Shown in pieces: positions 1 through 9,700 of a stretch of DNA of 31,198 bases. The position numbers and the translations under genes were made by a program. Numbering within the stretch: the first letter of the stretch is position 1; each line of letters opens with the position of its first letter. Location of the stretch: positions 1-31,198 of the IMG/VR virus record IMGVR_UViG_3300017565_000253; one strand, 5' to 3'. The notes beneath the pieces are model-generated. The model ran no database searches. It was not told the DNA's origin and worked only from the letters and a program-made list of their open reading frames with translations. The stretch is from a virus. Lineage: Duplodnaviria > Caudoviricetes.

Positions 1-1
1 A

Positions 2-430
2 ATTGCCGACATCACCCAGCGATACAGCCTTGCGCTGCCTGACCGGACCTTTGTTCTCCGGCGCCAGATCGACGCTTGCGCCGAACTGGCCCGGATCCGG
101 CTCTCGCCGGAGCTAGTAACGAATTCTGTCGAGGCTCTCCGGGAATATGCCAGATCGGGCGGCGGAGTTACGCTGCTTCCGCAGCTTGCGGTTAGCGGCG
201 ACCTCCGGGACGGTCGCCTGGTTGGAATACCGCTCGCAGAACCTATTCTGCGAAACTCGACGATCGACATCGTGGTCTCGAAAGGCGACGCGCTATCACC
301 CTCATTGAAGGCTTACGTCAACTGCATAAAGGACGCGGCAGAAGACATAGCATCCGCACTCCGGACGACAGCCCGGCCCTTGCGACGTTCCAAGCCACGC
401 CGGCTCAAGTCGGCGGAAGCGTCATCGTAA
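2..430 (+). CDS. LysR-type transcriptional regulator, C-terminal substrate-binding domain (5'-truncated by window edge)
   Basis: Open frame from position 2 to TAA at 428-430, absent from the ORF track. Translation ...LALPDRTFVLRRQID...PELVTNSVEALREYARSGGGVTLLPQLAVSGDLRDGRLVGIPL... fits the LysR substrate-domain pattern. Confidence 0.85.
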   Translation: MADITQRYSLALPDRTFVLRRQIDACAELARIRLSPELVTNSVEALREYARSGGGVTLLPQLAVSGDLRDGRLVGIPLAEPILRNSTIDIVVSKGDALSPSLKAYVNCIKDAAEDIASALRTTARPLRRSKPRRLKSAEASS

Positions 431-728
431 CTGCTCAGCCCGCCGGGTGCTCCGCGCCTTGCCTTAAGCCCCACCCATCCTCGCAGCTTATCGACGCTGG
501 TGTGGACATTGTCACGGCGTCCCGACGGCTCGGTCATGCCTTTCCTGCCATTACGCGGGTCTGCGCGCATTGGTCGGAAAAGGTGACAACAAAGCCGCAG
601 ACGCAATCAATCAAGCGTTGTCCAACAGCGACTACGCATGATAGGGAGCAGCCCTCGGCGGCAATCCGGAGACAACGCTTCTTTTGCTCTCCGCTAGAAT
701 CACCTAAGCTGTTGAAATAATTGAGTTT

Positions 729-818
729 GGAGGGGTGGCCGAGTGGTTTAAGGCAGCGGTCTTGAAAACCGCCGTGCGGGCAACCGTACCGTGGGTTCGA
801 ATCCCACCCCCTCCGCCA
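729..818 (+). tRNA. tRNA-Ser (anticodon TGA)
   Basis: GGAGGGG/CCCCTCC acceptor stem, D-arm GCCGAGTGGTTTAAGGC, anticodon loop CTTGAAA, long variable arm, GTTCGAATC T-loop and encoded CCA end; 90 nt. Confidence 0.98.
805..818 (+). repeat. attL core CACCCCCTCCGCCA (tRNA-Ser 3' end)
   Basis: Identical 14-mer recurs at 15095-15108. Confidence 0.9.
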
Positions 819-956
819 GAACCTTGTTCACCGCATTTCATCATTGTCCATAAACTCAATATCTGTCGATATTTTTGAGCTTTGTCTGCTCGCAATTGTT
901 CTTTTTTGCCCGTCGATGTACCGTGGGTAGAGAATTTGGTTCGGCGGACACATTAA

Positions 957-2213
957 ATGACTAAAGTCCCAACCGGAAAACTCTCGGGCATTGACCTTTG
1001 GCAACTTGCGCCAGGGACCCACTCGGACGGGGACCGATTGCTGCTGCAAGTCAGCAGCCGAACGGCAAGATCATGGATCTATCGCTATCAACTTCACGGC
1101 AAGACGCGAGATTACGGGCTGGGCCCTCTTTCACTCGTCTCCCTATCGCAGGCCCGCAAAGCCCGAGATAAGGCCCGCTATGAGGTCAAGATCGCAGGAC
1201 GCGATCTTGTCGGTGAACGTCTTGGCGCCAAAGCAGAGCGGCGTGCTGCAGCGACAAAACCTCCCAGCCTAACGTTCCGCGAGTGGTCGGAAAAATACAT
1301 CGAGGAAAACTGGGAGAGCTGGCAGAATCCCAAGCATCGCGAGCAATGGCGCAGCACGATCAAAGCGTATGCGCTGCCGCACATTGGGGATCTGTCACCA
1401 TCAGAAATCACCGCGGCTCAAGTCCTGGACATTCTGCGCCAGCCGGTCCCGGTGAAGAGGGATGCGGAGGGTGCTACCGGCATTTTCTGGGTGGAGAAGA
1501 ACGAGACGGCCCGTCGCGTCGCGGGCCGGATACGATCGGTCCTCGACTATAGCCGCCCTACCGATGACCTAAGCTTCGTGAACCCGGCCGAGCTTACCCG
1601 CGCGCTTCGCAACAAGCTACCCCGCCTGCCGGCAGATAAGGCCGGAAAGAACTTCCCTGCCCTGCCTTACGATTCGATGCCTCGGTTTATGGCGGCCTTG
1701 CGCGGCCAGGCCGGCAACGCGGCGCGCGCCGTAGATTTCCTGATTCTTACGGCAGCCCGAAGTGGCGAAGCGCGTGGCGCAAAGTGGAATGAAATCGACT
1801 GGCAGAATGAAATCTGGGTCGTGCCCGCAGCACGGATGAAAAAACGCCGCGAGCATAAAGTCCCGTTGTCGCCTCAAGCTCTCACGATTCTTCGCACAAT
1901 GCAGTCGGTTGCCCAGAGCGATCTCATATTCTCCGGCCAGCGGGGCGGCACCGAGCTTAGCGATACCGCCTTACGGCTTGTGCCGCATCGTCTCGGCTTC
2001 ACCGATATATCCATTCACGGATTCCGCAGCACGTTTGCGTCTTGGCGTGCTGCGAAGGTCGGCGCGCGTTTCTCGCGGGAGCTGGCGGAGGCTGCGCTTG
2101 CTCATATGCTCGGCGACAACGACACGGAGCGTGCTTACCAAAGGGATGACATGGTCGAGCGGCGCCGAGAACTTATGGCTGAATGGGCGGATTTCTGCGA
2201 TGGAAAATCGTGA
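957..2213 (+). CDS. int: P4-like tyrosine integrase with N-terminal arm-binding domain
   Basis: N-terminal HSDGDRLLLQVS...SWIYRY...GLG..SLSQAR arm domain. Catalytic motifs TAARSGE, RMK, HGFRSTF, LAH and AY. Confidence 0.96.
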   Translation: MTKVPTGKLSGIDLWQLAPGTHSDGDRLLLQVSSRTARSWIYRYQLHGKTRDYGLGPLSLVSLSQARKARDKARYEVKIAGRDLVGERLGAKAERRAAATKPPSLTFREWSEKYIEENWESWQNPKHREQWRSTIKAYALPHIGDLSPSEITAAQVLDILRQPVPVKRDAEGATGIFWVEKNETARRVAGRIRSVLDYSRPTDDLSFVNPAELTRALRNKLPRLPADKAGKNFPALPYDSMPRFMAALRGQAGNAARAVDFLILTAARSGEARGAKWNEIDWQNEIWVVPAARMKKRREHKVPLSPQALTILRTMQSVAQSDLIFSGQRGGTELSDTALRLVPHRLGFTDISIHGFRSTFASWRAAKVGARFSRELAEAALAHMLGDNDTERAYQRDDMVERRRELMAEWADFCDGKS

Positions 2214-2802
2214 ATACGAGCCCAAGTGGCTGACCGGGCAAGAAGTCTACACCCTATTCGCCAGTCGAAATGACGCAATCGCGTGGCTCGGTCGAGCTGT
2301 GCGTGATCGCGGGATAGTTGCTCATTCAGCCGCTGATCCGGAAGTGGATTTGTTTCGCCTCACTATCCCAGTAGCGCCAATGCGGCGAGCAAGTATCTGG
2401 AAAGCTGATGCGGACCAGATCGACTGGGCTGATTTCTCTATCCCCTCACCGCACGGCATGAGACGCATTTCATTGCCCACCCCCATTGAGGTGTCGGCCA
2501 GCCTCATCCGCACCCTCCTTGGCGGGGTCGGATCAAATACTAGCGAAGCGTCGGCCGCCTCAACCTCGAACCGCGGCCGTAAGCCTGCCGCTGACTGGGA
2601 TGCCGTCGAACTCTCGGTGCAACTAGAGATTCAAAAGCGAAAATTTCCTGACGCGGAAAATGACGAGGCGGGATGGAACTGCCAAGCTGACGTCGAACGT
2701 TTTGTCGCTGATTTGCTGGAACGTCGAAACACCCCGATATCGGAATCTACGGTCCGCTTTCACGTTGGGAAAATTCTCAATTCTATCAAGGCCGGAAATT
2801 AA
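2200..2802 (+). CDS. Hypothetical protein with probable C-terminal HTH (putative regulator)
   Basis: ATG at 2200 overlaps the int 3' end; the ORF-track start at 1909 lies inside int. C-terminus has RGRKPAADW...ISESTVRFHV, an HTH-like segment. Confidence 0.6.
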   Translation: MENREYEPKWLTGQEVYTLFASRNDAIAWLGRAVRDRGIVAHSAADPEVDLFRLTIPVAPMRRASIWKADADQIDWADFSIPSPHGMRRISLPTPIEVSASLIRTLLGGVGSNTSEASAASTSNRGRKPAADWDAVELSVQLEIQKRKFPDAENDEAGWNCQADVERFVADLLERRNTPISESTVRFHVGKILNSIKAGN

Positions 2803-2844
2803 TTATCGGCCTTTCCCGGCCTTTTCCGGCCGACATTCGCCGGC
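2790..2844. repeat. Short direct/inverted repeats, candidate operator upstream of the AlpA-like gene
   Basis: CTTTCCCGGC (2811-2820) and CTTTTCCGGC (2821-2830) in tandem. GGCCGGAAA (2790-2798) is the perfect inverse of TTTCCGGCC (2823-2831). Confidence 0.5.
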
Positions 2845-2891
2845 TCTCAGAACATCAATGAACCGCAACGCAATGACTTGGGCGGTTCAAT

Positions 2892-3137
2892 ATGCAGACC
2901 CATCGATCAGAACGGCGACGGCCGCCGGCTCGTCCCGCAGAGGCACCTCCAGGCAAAGCCTTTGAGTTTCAGCGCGCCTGTTATTCCGTCGCCGAGACTC
3001 AGCGGATGCTTGGTATCGGACGTACGAAGCTCTGGCACTTGACCCGGACAGGCGATCTGAAATCTGCGAATATTGGACGCCGCGTCGTCTATCTCGCTGA
3101 TGATCTGTCAGCCTTCCTGGCAAAGCTGCGGCAGTGA
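2892..3137 (+). CDS. AlpA/excisionase-like HTH protein (HTH_17 type)
   Basis: YSVAETQRMLGIGRTKLWHL...GDL...IGRRVVY...DL..FL is the typical MerR-like excisionase pattern. Confidence 0.85.
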   Translation: MQTHRSERRRPPARPAEAPPGKAFEFQRACYSVAETQRMLGIGRTKLWHLTRTGDLKSANIGRRVVYLADDLSAFLAKLRQ

Positions 3138-3487
3138 GGATCAGATATGGCGCGGGGCGCACGGCCGTTCAGAACCGCACGCCCCGGGACAGGAAGACGC
3201 AGCAACCTGTTCATAGCCGCACTCCCGCAGATCCGCGACGCACCAAGAAACTACTGCGTTGGGCGGCTCTGCTCGACGGCGAGATCATCGCCGGCGCCAT
3301 CGCCTGCCCTGCTCCAGGCTATTCTCTTTCGGACCGATCCATCACAGTCGCAATTGCCGACGGCTGGCCTGGCGGATTTTCCGTCCGGAGCCGCATCGTC
3401 AGTCGCGACGTCGCGCGTGCCCATGTTGCCGCCCTGCTGTCGGAAGCGGGTAGCCAGCAGTTCGCTCTGTTTCCGGAGGTGCCGTGA
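3134..3487 (+). CDS. Hypothetical protein
   Basis: GTGA start/stop overlaps with both neighbours, suggesting translational coupling. Confidence 0.55.
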   Translation: MRIRYGAGRTAVQNRTPRDRKTQQPVHSRTPADPRRTKKLLRWAALLDGEIIAGAIACPAPGYSLSDRSITVAIADGWPGGFSVRSRIVSRDVARAHVAALLSEAGSQQFALFPEVP

Positions 3488-4050
3488 TGCTGGGCGCCCT
3501 CATCGAAATGCGCGCGGAACTGCATGTTCGGGCCTTTCCGACGGAAGACTGGCTGCGGTATGTCCGACAACACCGCCTCGACATAAGCGCGATTGGGCGG
3601 TGTGCGAGCCTTCTCGGCGTGACGCGGTGCGAGTTTCTGGATAACGGACGGTTCGACTTTTCGGACAGCGGCGAACTGTCGGCCGTGATCGAGGTCTTCG
3701 ACATTGACCTCGAGACAGTCATCGATCTCGTCGCGTGGCCCTGTTCCGATCCGGTCCGATTTGCGACCGCATTCGGCATTGCCGCCGGACTTGGCATCGA
3801 CCAAGTAACGAATCCGGCAAGCTTTTTCCTGGGAAAGCCTCTCGCCGTCCACCACACGCCGCTCTCATGGCTCCAGGCTGGTGGCCAGGGCGTCGTCATC
3901 CTTGACGACAGATCGGCGCCACGGTGGCTGGGTGAGGCGCTAGGTCGACTGGCCGCGGAAGATCTGGAGCACGGCCGGCGTCTTGCTCGCGTGCTGCATG
4001 GCTATCTTGATCTGCGCCGTATCCTGGCGCCGGTCCAGGAGGCAGCATGA
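3484..4050 (+). CDS. Hypothetical replication-module protein (possibly a Toprim-like primase part)
   Basis: Coupled to the helicase by an ATGA overlap. IDLVAW...PL.WL..G..GVVILD pattern recalled from alphaproteobacterial phage proteins; function inferred from position only. Confidence 0.55.
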   Translation: MMLGALIEMRAELHVRAFPTEDWLRYVRQHRLDISAIGRCASLLGVTRCEFLDNGRFDFSDSGELSAVIEVFDIDLETVIDLVAWPCSDPVRFATAFGIAAGLGIDQVTNPASFFLGKPLAVHHTPLSWLQAGGQGVVILDDRSAPRWLGEALGRLAAEDLEHGRRLARVLHGYLDLRRILAPVQEAA

Positions 4051-5150
4051 CGAGCGCGACCGTTCTCAAGCCGATCACGGATGCTTCCCACACCGCGCCT
4101 CGGCGGAAGAGCGGCGGCGAGGCCCCAAAATTCCGGCTAGTCCCTTTCGAGCAGATCAAGGTCGATCTCGAGCGGCGCCCTTACTTGGTGAAAGGCCTCC
4201 TTCCGAACACCGGTTTGTCGGCGATCTGGGGGCCGCCGAAATGCGGGAAATCCTTCTGGGCGCTCGACGTGGGCATGCACATCGCGCTCGGTTGGGAATA
4301 TCGCGGACGGCGAGTCCAGGGTGGCCCGGTTGTCTATGTCGCGCTTGAGGGCAGCGAGGGCTTCAAAGCTCGCATTGAGGCTTTCCGCCGCCGCCATCAG
4401 GTGACGCGCGCGGACTTCTTCCTGATCACCGCCCCACTCAACATGGTCGCTGAGCGCGGGGCACTGGTCGCCGACATCCGGGCCCAGCTCGGCGATATTC
4501 GGCCAGCCGCAGTCTTCATCGATACCCTGAATCGCTCCTTGAAGGGCTCAGAGAGCAAGGACGAGGACATGGCGGCCTATATCTCGGCCGCCGAGGAAAT
4601 TGCCGCGGCATTCGCATGCCATGTCCCAATTGTGCACCACTGCGGCGTCGATGCCAGCCGCCCGCGCGGCCACACATCCTTAACAGGCGCGGTGGAAGCG
4701 CAGATCGCCGTCAAGCGCGAAGGCGAAGGCTTCTCCGTCACGCTGGAATATATGAAAGACGGCCCGGAGGGTGACACCCTCAACCTCCGGCTCGAACAGG
4801 TGGTCGTCGGCGCAGACCCCGACGGCGACGACATCACCACCTGCATCGTCGAGGATAGTTCGCCCGCCGCCAAGGCCCGCCAGCGCGTTAAGCTGGCCCA
4901 GATGCCGGCAGCTGGACTGCGCCAGCTTCACGAATGCTTGGCTGAAAGTGGCAAGCCCTCAACACCTTCGGAACACGTCCCAGCAGGCGTCACATGCGTC
5001 ACGCTCGACGCTTGGAAAGACCGCATGGTCGCGGCAGGCATTTTGAATGCCGAAGGCAACCCTCGCGAACAATTCCGGCGCATACGTGTGACGCTCATAA
5101 ACGCCGGTCTTATCGGCGTTTGGGAGGGCTCGGCATGGTCTGTCACGTAG
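4047..5150 (+). CDS. AAA_25 / RSF1010 RepA-like replicative helicase
   Basis: Walker A GPPKCGKS, VVYVALEG, Walker B VFIDT, VHH, RGHTSL..AVE and KDGPEG motifs; probable C-terminal winged helix. Confidence 0.9.
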   Translation: MTSATVLKPITDASHTAPRRKSGGEAPKFRLVPFEQIKVDLERRPYLVKGLLPNTGLSAIWGPPKCGKSFWALDVGMHIALGWEYRGRRVQGGPVVYVALEGSEGFKARIEAFRRRHQVTRADFFLITAPLNMVAERGALVADIRAQLGDIRPAAVFIDTLNRSLKGSESKDEDMAAYISAAEEIAAAFACHVPIVHHCGVDASRPRGHTSLTGAVEAQIAVKREGEGFSVTLEYMKDGPEGDTLNLRLEQVVVGADPDGDDITTCIVEDSSPAAKARQRVKLAQMPAAGLRQLHECLAESGKPSTPSEHVPAGVTCVTLDAWKDRMVAAGILNAEGNPREQFRRIRVTLINAGLIGVWEGSAWSVT

Positions 5151-5238
5151 CGTCACATCCCCGTCACATCCCGTCACTGTGACGGCGGTGCAACCGTCAC
5201 GTCACAGTCACCCCCCCTTAGAAGGGGTGACATGTGAC
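5142..5238. repeat. GTCAC iteron cluster, putative replication origin
   Basis: Ten GTCAC/GTGAC copies in 97 bp (5142, 5152, 5163, 5173, 5179 rev, 5196, 5201, 5207, 5227 rev, 5234 rev). Includes palindrome CCGTCACTGTGACGG and inverted arms around CCCCCCCTTAGAAGGGG. Confidence 0.75.
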
Positions 5239-5266
5239 AGCACCCGATCGAGCAGGAGCAATCAGA

Positions 5267-5713
5267 ATGTCCAATGATCTCACCACCACGTCGAAACGAT
5301 CGCTCCCGGGCAAGGTAACCGGACGCTTGAAGCAGGCCATTGACCTGATGGTTTGGCAAAATCTGACCGACAACGAAGCTGCCGTGAAAGTCAGAATGAC
5401 TGTGCAGGCAATTCGTTACGCCCTGAAGCGACCGCATGTCGTGCGGTATTTGAGAGAGCAGCGGGAGGTAATGCACACCCGTGAACTCGCCCGCAATTCC
5501 CACACGCTTGTCGACATCCGGGACAACAGCAAAAACGCGATGGCGCGTGTCGCCGCCGTCCGGGAGCTCGAACAGCGTCATGACGAGGATGCGAAGGCGC
5601 CTGCGGCTGCTCGCACCCCGGGCATTGTCATTCAGATCATTGCCGCAGAGCCGGCCTCACCGCGCGTCATTGAGGGTGTGCGCGTGGGTAACGCTGGTGA
5701 TCGCGATGAATAG
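5267..5713 (+). CDS. Putative terminase small subunit-like HTH protein
   Basis: AGGAG RBS at 5254. N-terminal HTH (DNEAAVKV...AIRYALKRPHVVRYL), helical ARVAAVREL segment and C-terminal beta strand PGIVIQII, an architecture typical of TerS. Confidence 0.55.
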   Translation: MSNDLTTTSKRSLPGKVTGRLKQAIDLMVWQNLTDNEAAVKVRMTVQAIRYALKRPHVVRYLREQREVMHTRELARNSHTLVDIRDNSKNAMARVAAVRELEQRHDEDAKAPAAARTPGIVIQIIAAEPASPRVIEGVRVGNAGDRDE

Positions 5714-6024
5714 TCAGTCGTATCAAAGCCCTATGGCGGACCATGCATCCGCCTCGCACGGCATGGCCACCCGTCGGGTCCGCATGTCCTCTGCGGTTGA
5801 CAACAGGCGCTCCGGCCGAAGGTCACCCCCTCCCCCCTTGCGCATATACAGCCCGTCGCTATCCGACCCCCGGCAGGGAAAATGCGACCGCAAATATGGT
5901 GCTGGTGCGCAGCGCATCTGCTTCTCCAAAAAATACTCCAGCCAGAAATCCACGAAAAATGGGCGTTTCGAACGGTGCGTTGTGAGCGCCGAGCATTCTG
6001 CTCAACTGCGGATCGGAGGCGGCG

Positions 6025-6300
6025 ATGCGGATCTATGAAGTTCAGGATTGCGAACTCGGGCGCACGATCGAAATGACAGCGATCGATTTCCGCGAGGCGC
6101 AGCAGAACGCGCCTGGTCGCTACGAATTCATCCGCCGCCTCGACGAGCCCGCGACACCTGCGCTGACAGATCCCCTGTTCCCCGGGCAGGTTCGCAGGAC
6201 GCCTTCCGATGATGCCCGCACCCTGAAGGCCGATCCGCGCTCTGTCGCGGCAGCCCCGAAACCCATCCAGACCAACCGTCGCCGCAGCATGCGGCGCTGA
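6025..6300 (+). CDS. Hypothetical protein
   Basis: GGAGG RBS upstream; first gene of an apparent operon ending in the 1265-aa gene. Confidence 0.6.
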   Translation: MRIYEVQDCELGRTIEMTAIDFREAQQNAPGRYEFIRRLDEPATPALTDPLFPGQVRRTPSDDARTLKADPRSVAAAPKPIQTNRRRSMRR

Positions 6301-6317
6301 TTACGAGGAGCACTGAC

Positions 6318-6521
6318 ATGGACGAATTTGACCACGGCGATCCCACCCTGAACCGTCAGCGGCGGAAGGCCGAACAGGCCGGGCTAGCCGCCCGGTTCAA
6401 CGCTCGCCGCGAGGATCATATCGCCAAGGCGGCGGATGATCTGAAACATCAGCGCCCAGGCGCGCCGATGTTGTCGCCGCTCGCACAAAAGCGCGGTCAG
6501 AAACTTTTGGACCCGAGGTAA
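6318..6521 (+). CDS. Hypothetical protein
   Basis: GAGGAG RBS and tight spacing to neighbours. Confidence 0.6.
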   Translation: MDEFDHGDPTLNRQRRKAEQAGLAARFNARREDHIAKAADDLKHQRPGAPMLSPLAQKRGQKLLDPR

Positions 6522-6525
6522 TCAC

Positions 6526-6765
6526 ATGGCAGCGAACATCACTCTCACAATCGAACTCCCTGAGAATTTCGCGACGGAGTATTCCGCGCGGCAGGCGCTG
6601 GCGGAGCAACTTCAGCTCGCCTCGATAAGGGTCGGCAGCACGGCCGATGTTTTCGGTGACCTGTTCGACGCATCAGGCCGTGTCGTCGGAATGTTCATGA
6701 TCAGTGACGATCCGATCCAGCCTCAGGCACAATCCGCAGCCTTGCGTGCGGGCCGAGCGGAGTAG
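6526..6765 (+). CDS. Hypothetical protein
   Basis: GAGGT RBS; ends 6 bp before the large gene. Confidence 0.6.
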   Translation: MAANITLTIELPENFATEYSARQALAEQLQLASIRVGSTADVFGDLFDASGRVVGMFMISDDPIQPQAQSAALRAGRAE

Positions 6766-6771
6766 CGGTCC

Positions 6772-9700
6772 ATGCCGCTCATTTTTCCCGACGAACCATA
6801 TACGCCGCAGACGCGTGTGCCGACTGGTGTGGAACCGCCGCGCGAGATGCCGCCTTCCGGGCCGGCCGTTCAGGCCGCCGCGATGCGGCAGGAAAACCCT
6901 ATCGTCAATCTGGCGACCCGTCTGTTTGCCGAGTCCTATCCGGAGGAACCCGGCCACAATCCGCTCGACATTATCCGCGACACGCCGTTCGAGGAGCGGC
7001 ATCTCGACCTTTTCGCGAACAGCCGGTCGGAGGCAGAGACGCGGTCGATCATGCGCCGCATCGAGGGTGAGGACGCTGACCGCCGGATGCTCGACGCCGC
7101 CGGGTTTGCCGGGGTGGTGGCGCAGTTCGGCGCCGGGATGTTCGATCCGACCATCGCCCTGCCAGCCGGCACGATCTATCGCAATGCCCGCGGGGGCCTG
7201 TCCATCGGCCGGTCCGCGATGAGCGCGGCCGCCGCCGGCACCTTGCAGGCAGGCGTGGCCGAGGCGGCCCTACAGGCGGGCCAGGAGACGCGCACGGCGG
7301 CGGAGAGCGCCATGGCCATCGGCTCCGCCACGCTGCTCTCCGGCCTGCTGGGGGCCGGCGCGGTGGCGCTTCTGGCCCGCTCGGAGCGCGACGTGCTAGT
7401 GAACGCGCTGGACCGGATGCGGGACGAGATCGACGCGCACGCCGGAAACCGGCCGGAAGCGGCCGCGCCGCCGGGTCAAGCCGGCGCTGAGGCCGCTTCG
7501 GGACCGGTCGGCCGCGGTGCTGAGGTCGGGATGCGGCCGGCCGCCGCGAATGACGCTGGTTCGCCAGCCATGGCGGCATCTGCCGGCGCGGCTGCTGCGG
7601 ACACCCGACAACTCAATCTCGCTGGCGCGCTGGGTATAGAGAAAATCCCAATGGGGCCGTTCGGCTCGCCGACCCGTCGCACGCTCATGTCGGAGTCCAT
7701 CCCGGCTCGCCGCGTCATGGCCGACCTGGCTGAGACGCCCTATCGTTTCGAGGGTGACGAGGTGCCGACCAAGGGGCCCGCGGCGTCGCGCATCATCTCC
7801 ATGGAGGTGAATGGCACCAAAGTGCAGGTCAGCGATGAGATGGACCGCCTGTTCGCGGAATATCGGTTCGGGGGTGAGCAGGTCTGGTTTCCTCGCGGGC
7901 GCGCGCAGTTCGAGCGCTTCACGGGGCAGGCCGACCAGTTGATGACCTATGCGGACTTCAAGCGGGCCGTGGCGCGCGCCGCGATGTTCGGCGACAGCCA
8001 CGAAATTCCGCAGGTCGCGCAGGCCGCGCAGTTCATCCGCCGGAAGGTGTTCGAGCCTTGGGCGACGCGGGCCGAGAAGGCGATTCCAGAGTTCAAGCGC
8101 ACGGCCGCCGCCGAGGGCGAAGCCTATTTCCCGCACGTCTGGAACAAGCAAAAGGTGCGCGCGCAGCGCCCGGAGTTCGTCGACAAAATCACCGACCACT
8201 ACGTGGCCGATCAGGCGAAGAAGGCGGCGGCTAAGCAGCGCCTGACCTTCCTTCAAGCCCAGCTTCGGTCATGGAATCAGCAGATCGGAAAGCTGGACGC
8301 ACGGTTTGCGCGGATCGAGACGAGGCTTGACGATCTGGCCTCCCGCAGCGCTGAGCGTGACGTTGCCGATAGCGCGGCCCGGAACCGCGCCGAAGCGCTG
8401 GAAGAACGCCACGGCCGGATTGCCAATGAGGCAGCCGAACTCGATGACGCCATCGCGCTGCTTGAGGAGATCGGACCTGCCAATCCGACGGTGCGCGCTA
8501 TCCTCGAACGCACGGAAACCATGCTCGGGCGCGCGACCGTGCGCTATGACCGCACCGGTGCCGTGACGGCAGAGGCGGTGCGCGCGGAGCGCCGAAATCT
8601 CAAACGGATCGAAGTGCTGAAAGAACGGCTGGAAAACGCCGAGGCCCGCAAGTCGCTGATCGAGGAATATCGAGCCGTGGCAGATCAGGTCCGCTCCGAA
8701 ATCCGCGCTAAGATCGAGGCGGAAATCGCGGCTTGGGAGGGCAAGAGCACGGCAGAAGCCCGGTCTGCACTCAAGGCGCGCGAACAGTATGCGGCGGATG
8801 CCGAGCGCGGGGCGGACGCACCCCGGCTGGAAGGCGCGGACGATGCGGTGGACCGGGCTGTCCGCCGGATCATCGAGAGTGATCGTGACCTTGATGCTGG
8901 CGACCTGCGTCGCCGGGCCGAAGAAACCGTCGACCGCATTCTCGGCTCGCCAGACGGCCGGCTCCCCTACGACATGAACATGGGCGGACCCCGCATGGGT
9001 GTGCCGACGGGTCCGGCGCAGCGGGGTTCGCTGGCCGGCCGCCAGTTCGATGTGTCGAATGCATGGGCTGCGGACTGGATCGTAGACGACATCGAGGAAG
9101 TCGTCGCAATGCACCTGCGGACCATGGTGCCCGACGTGGTGCTGTCCGAGCGGTTCGGCGATGTGGACATGACGCAATCGTTCCGGGCGGTGCAGGAGGA
9201 TTATGCCGACCGGATCGGCAAGGCGAAGTCCGAGAAGGCGCGTGTGGCGCTGAGCAAGGAGCGCGACCGGGTGATCGCGGACCTGGCGGCCGTGCGCGAC
9301 CGGCTCCGCAGCACGTTCGGATGGTCGCCAGAATACGGGATGCAGCAAGCAGCTCGCTTTGCCACTGCCGCAAAACTTTTGAACAACCTGACGATGATGG
9401 GCGTGGCGGCTGTGACATCCATCAACGATATGGCCGGAATCGTATTCCGTTATGGCCTTTCCTCCGCGTTAGAAAAAGGATGGAAAGTCTATCTGACACA
9501 GATCGCCCGTGGCACGGAACCCGGTGTAAGATTCAAAAAGCAAATGCGTGCTCTTGGCATTGGTGCGGAAACCGCTCTTGCCACCCGCCAGCATGCGTTC
9601 GACGACATCACCGACGTCTATCGGCCGGGCTCTCGGTTCGAGCGGACCCTTCATGCTGCGTCAGACAAGTTTTTCATTCTCAACCTTCAGGCGCCATTAA

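Noticed and set aside
705-717. IHF-like TAAGCTGTTGAAA just upstream of the tRNA, hinting at a further island on the 5' side
   Set aside because: Single short motif with no repeat of the tRNA 5' end or recombinase in the window to support it.
704-895. 63-aa ORF on the minus strand
   Set aside because: It is an antisense translation across the tRNA gene.
923-951. GTGGGTA and GCGGACAC shared with the attR side (15038, 15090) as candidate integrase arm sites
   Set aside because: Matches of 7-8 bp are too short to distinguish from chance without homolog alignments.
1909-2199. N-terminal extension of ORF 1909..2802
   Set aside because: It lies inside the integrase in another frame; ATG 2200 is the plausible start.
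5142-5238. Possible CRISPR or mini-array
   Set aside because: Repeats are only 5-10 bp, in mixed orientation and without unique spacers; no cas genes are present.
5481-6038. 185-aa ORF spanning the TerS-like gene and the following gap
   Set aside because: Ser/Arg-rich, overlaps better-supported genes, and has no recognisable motif.
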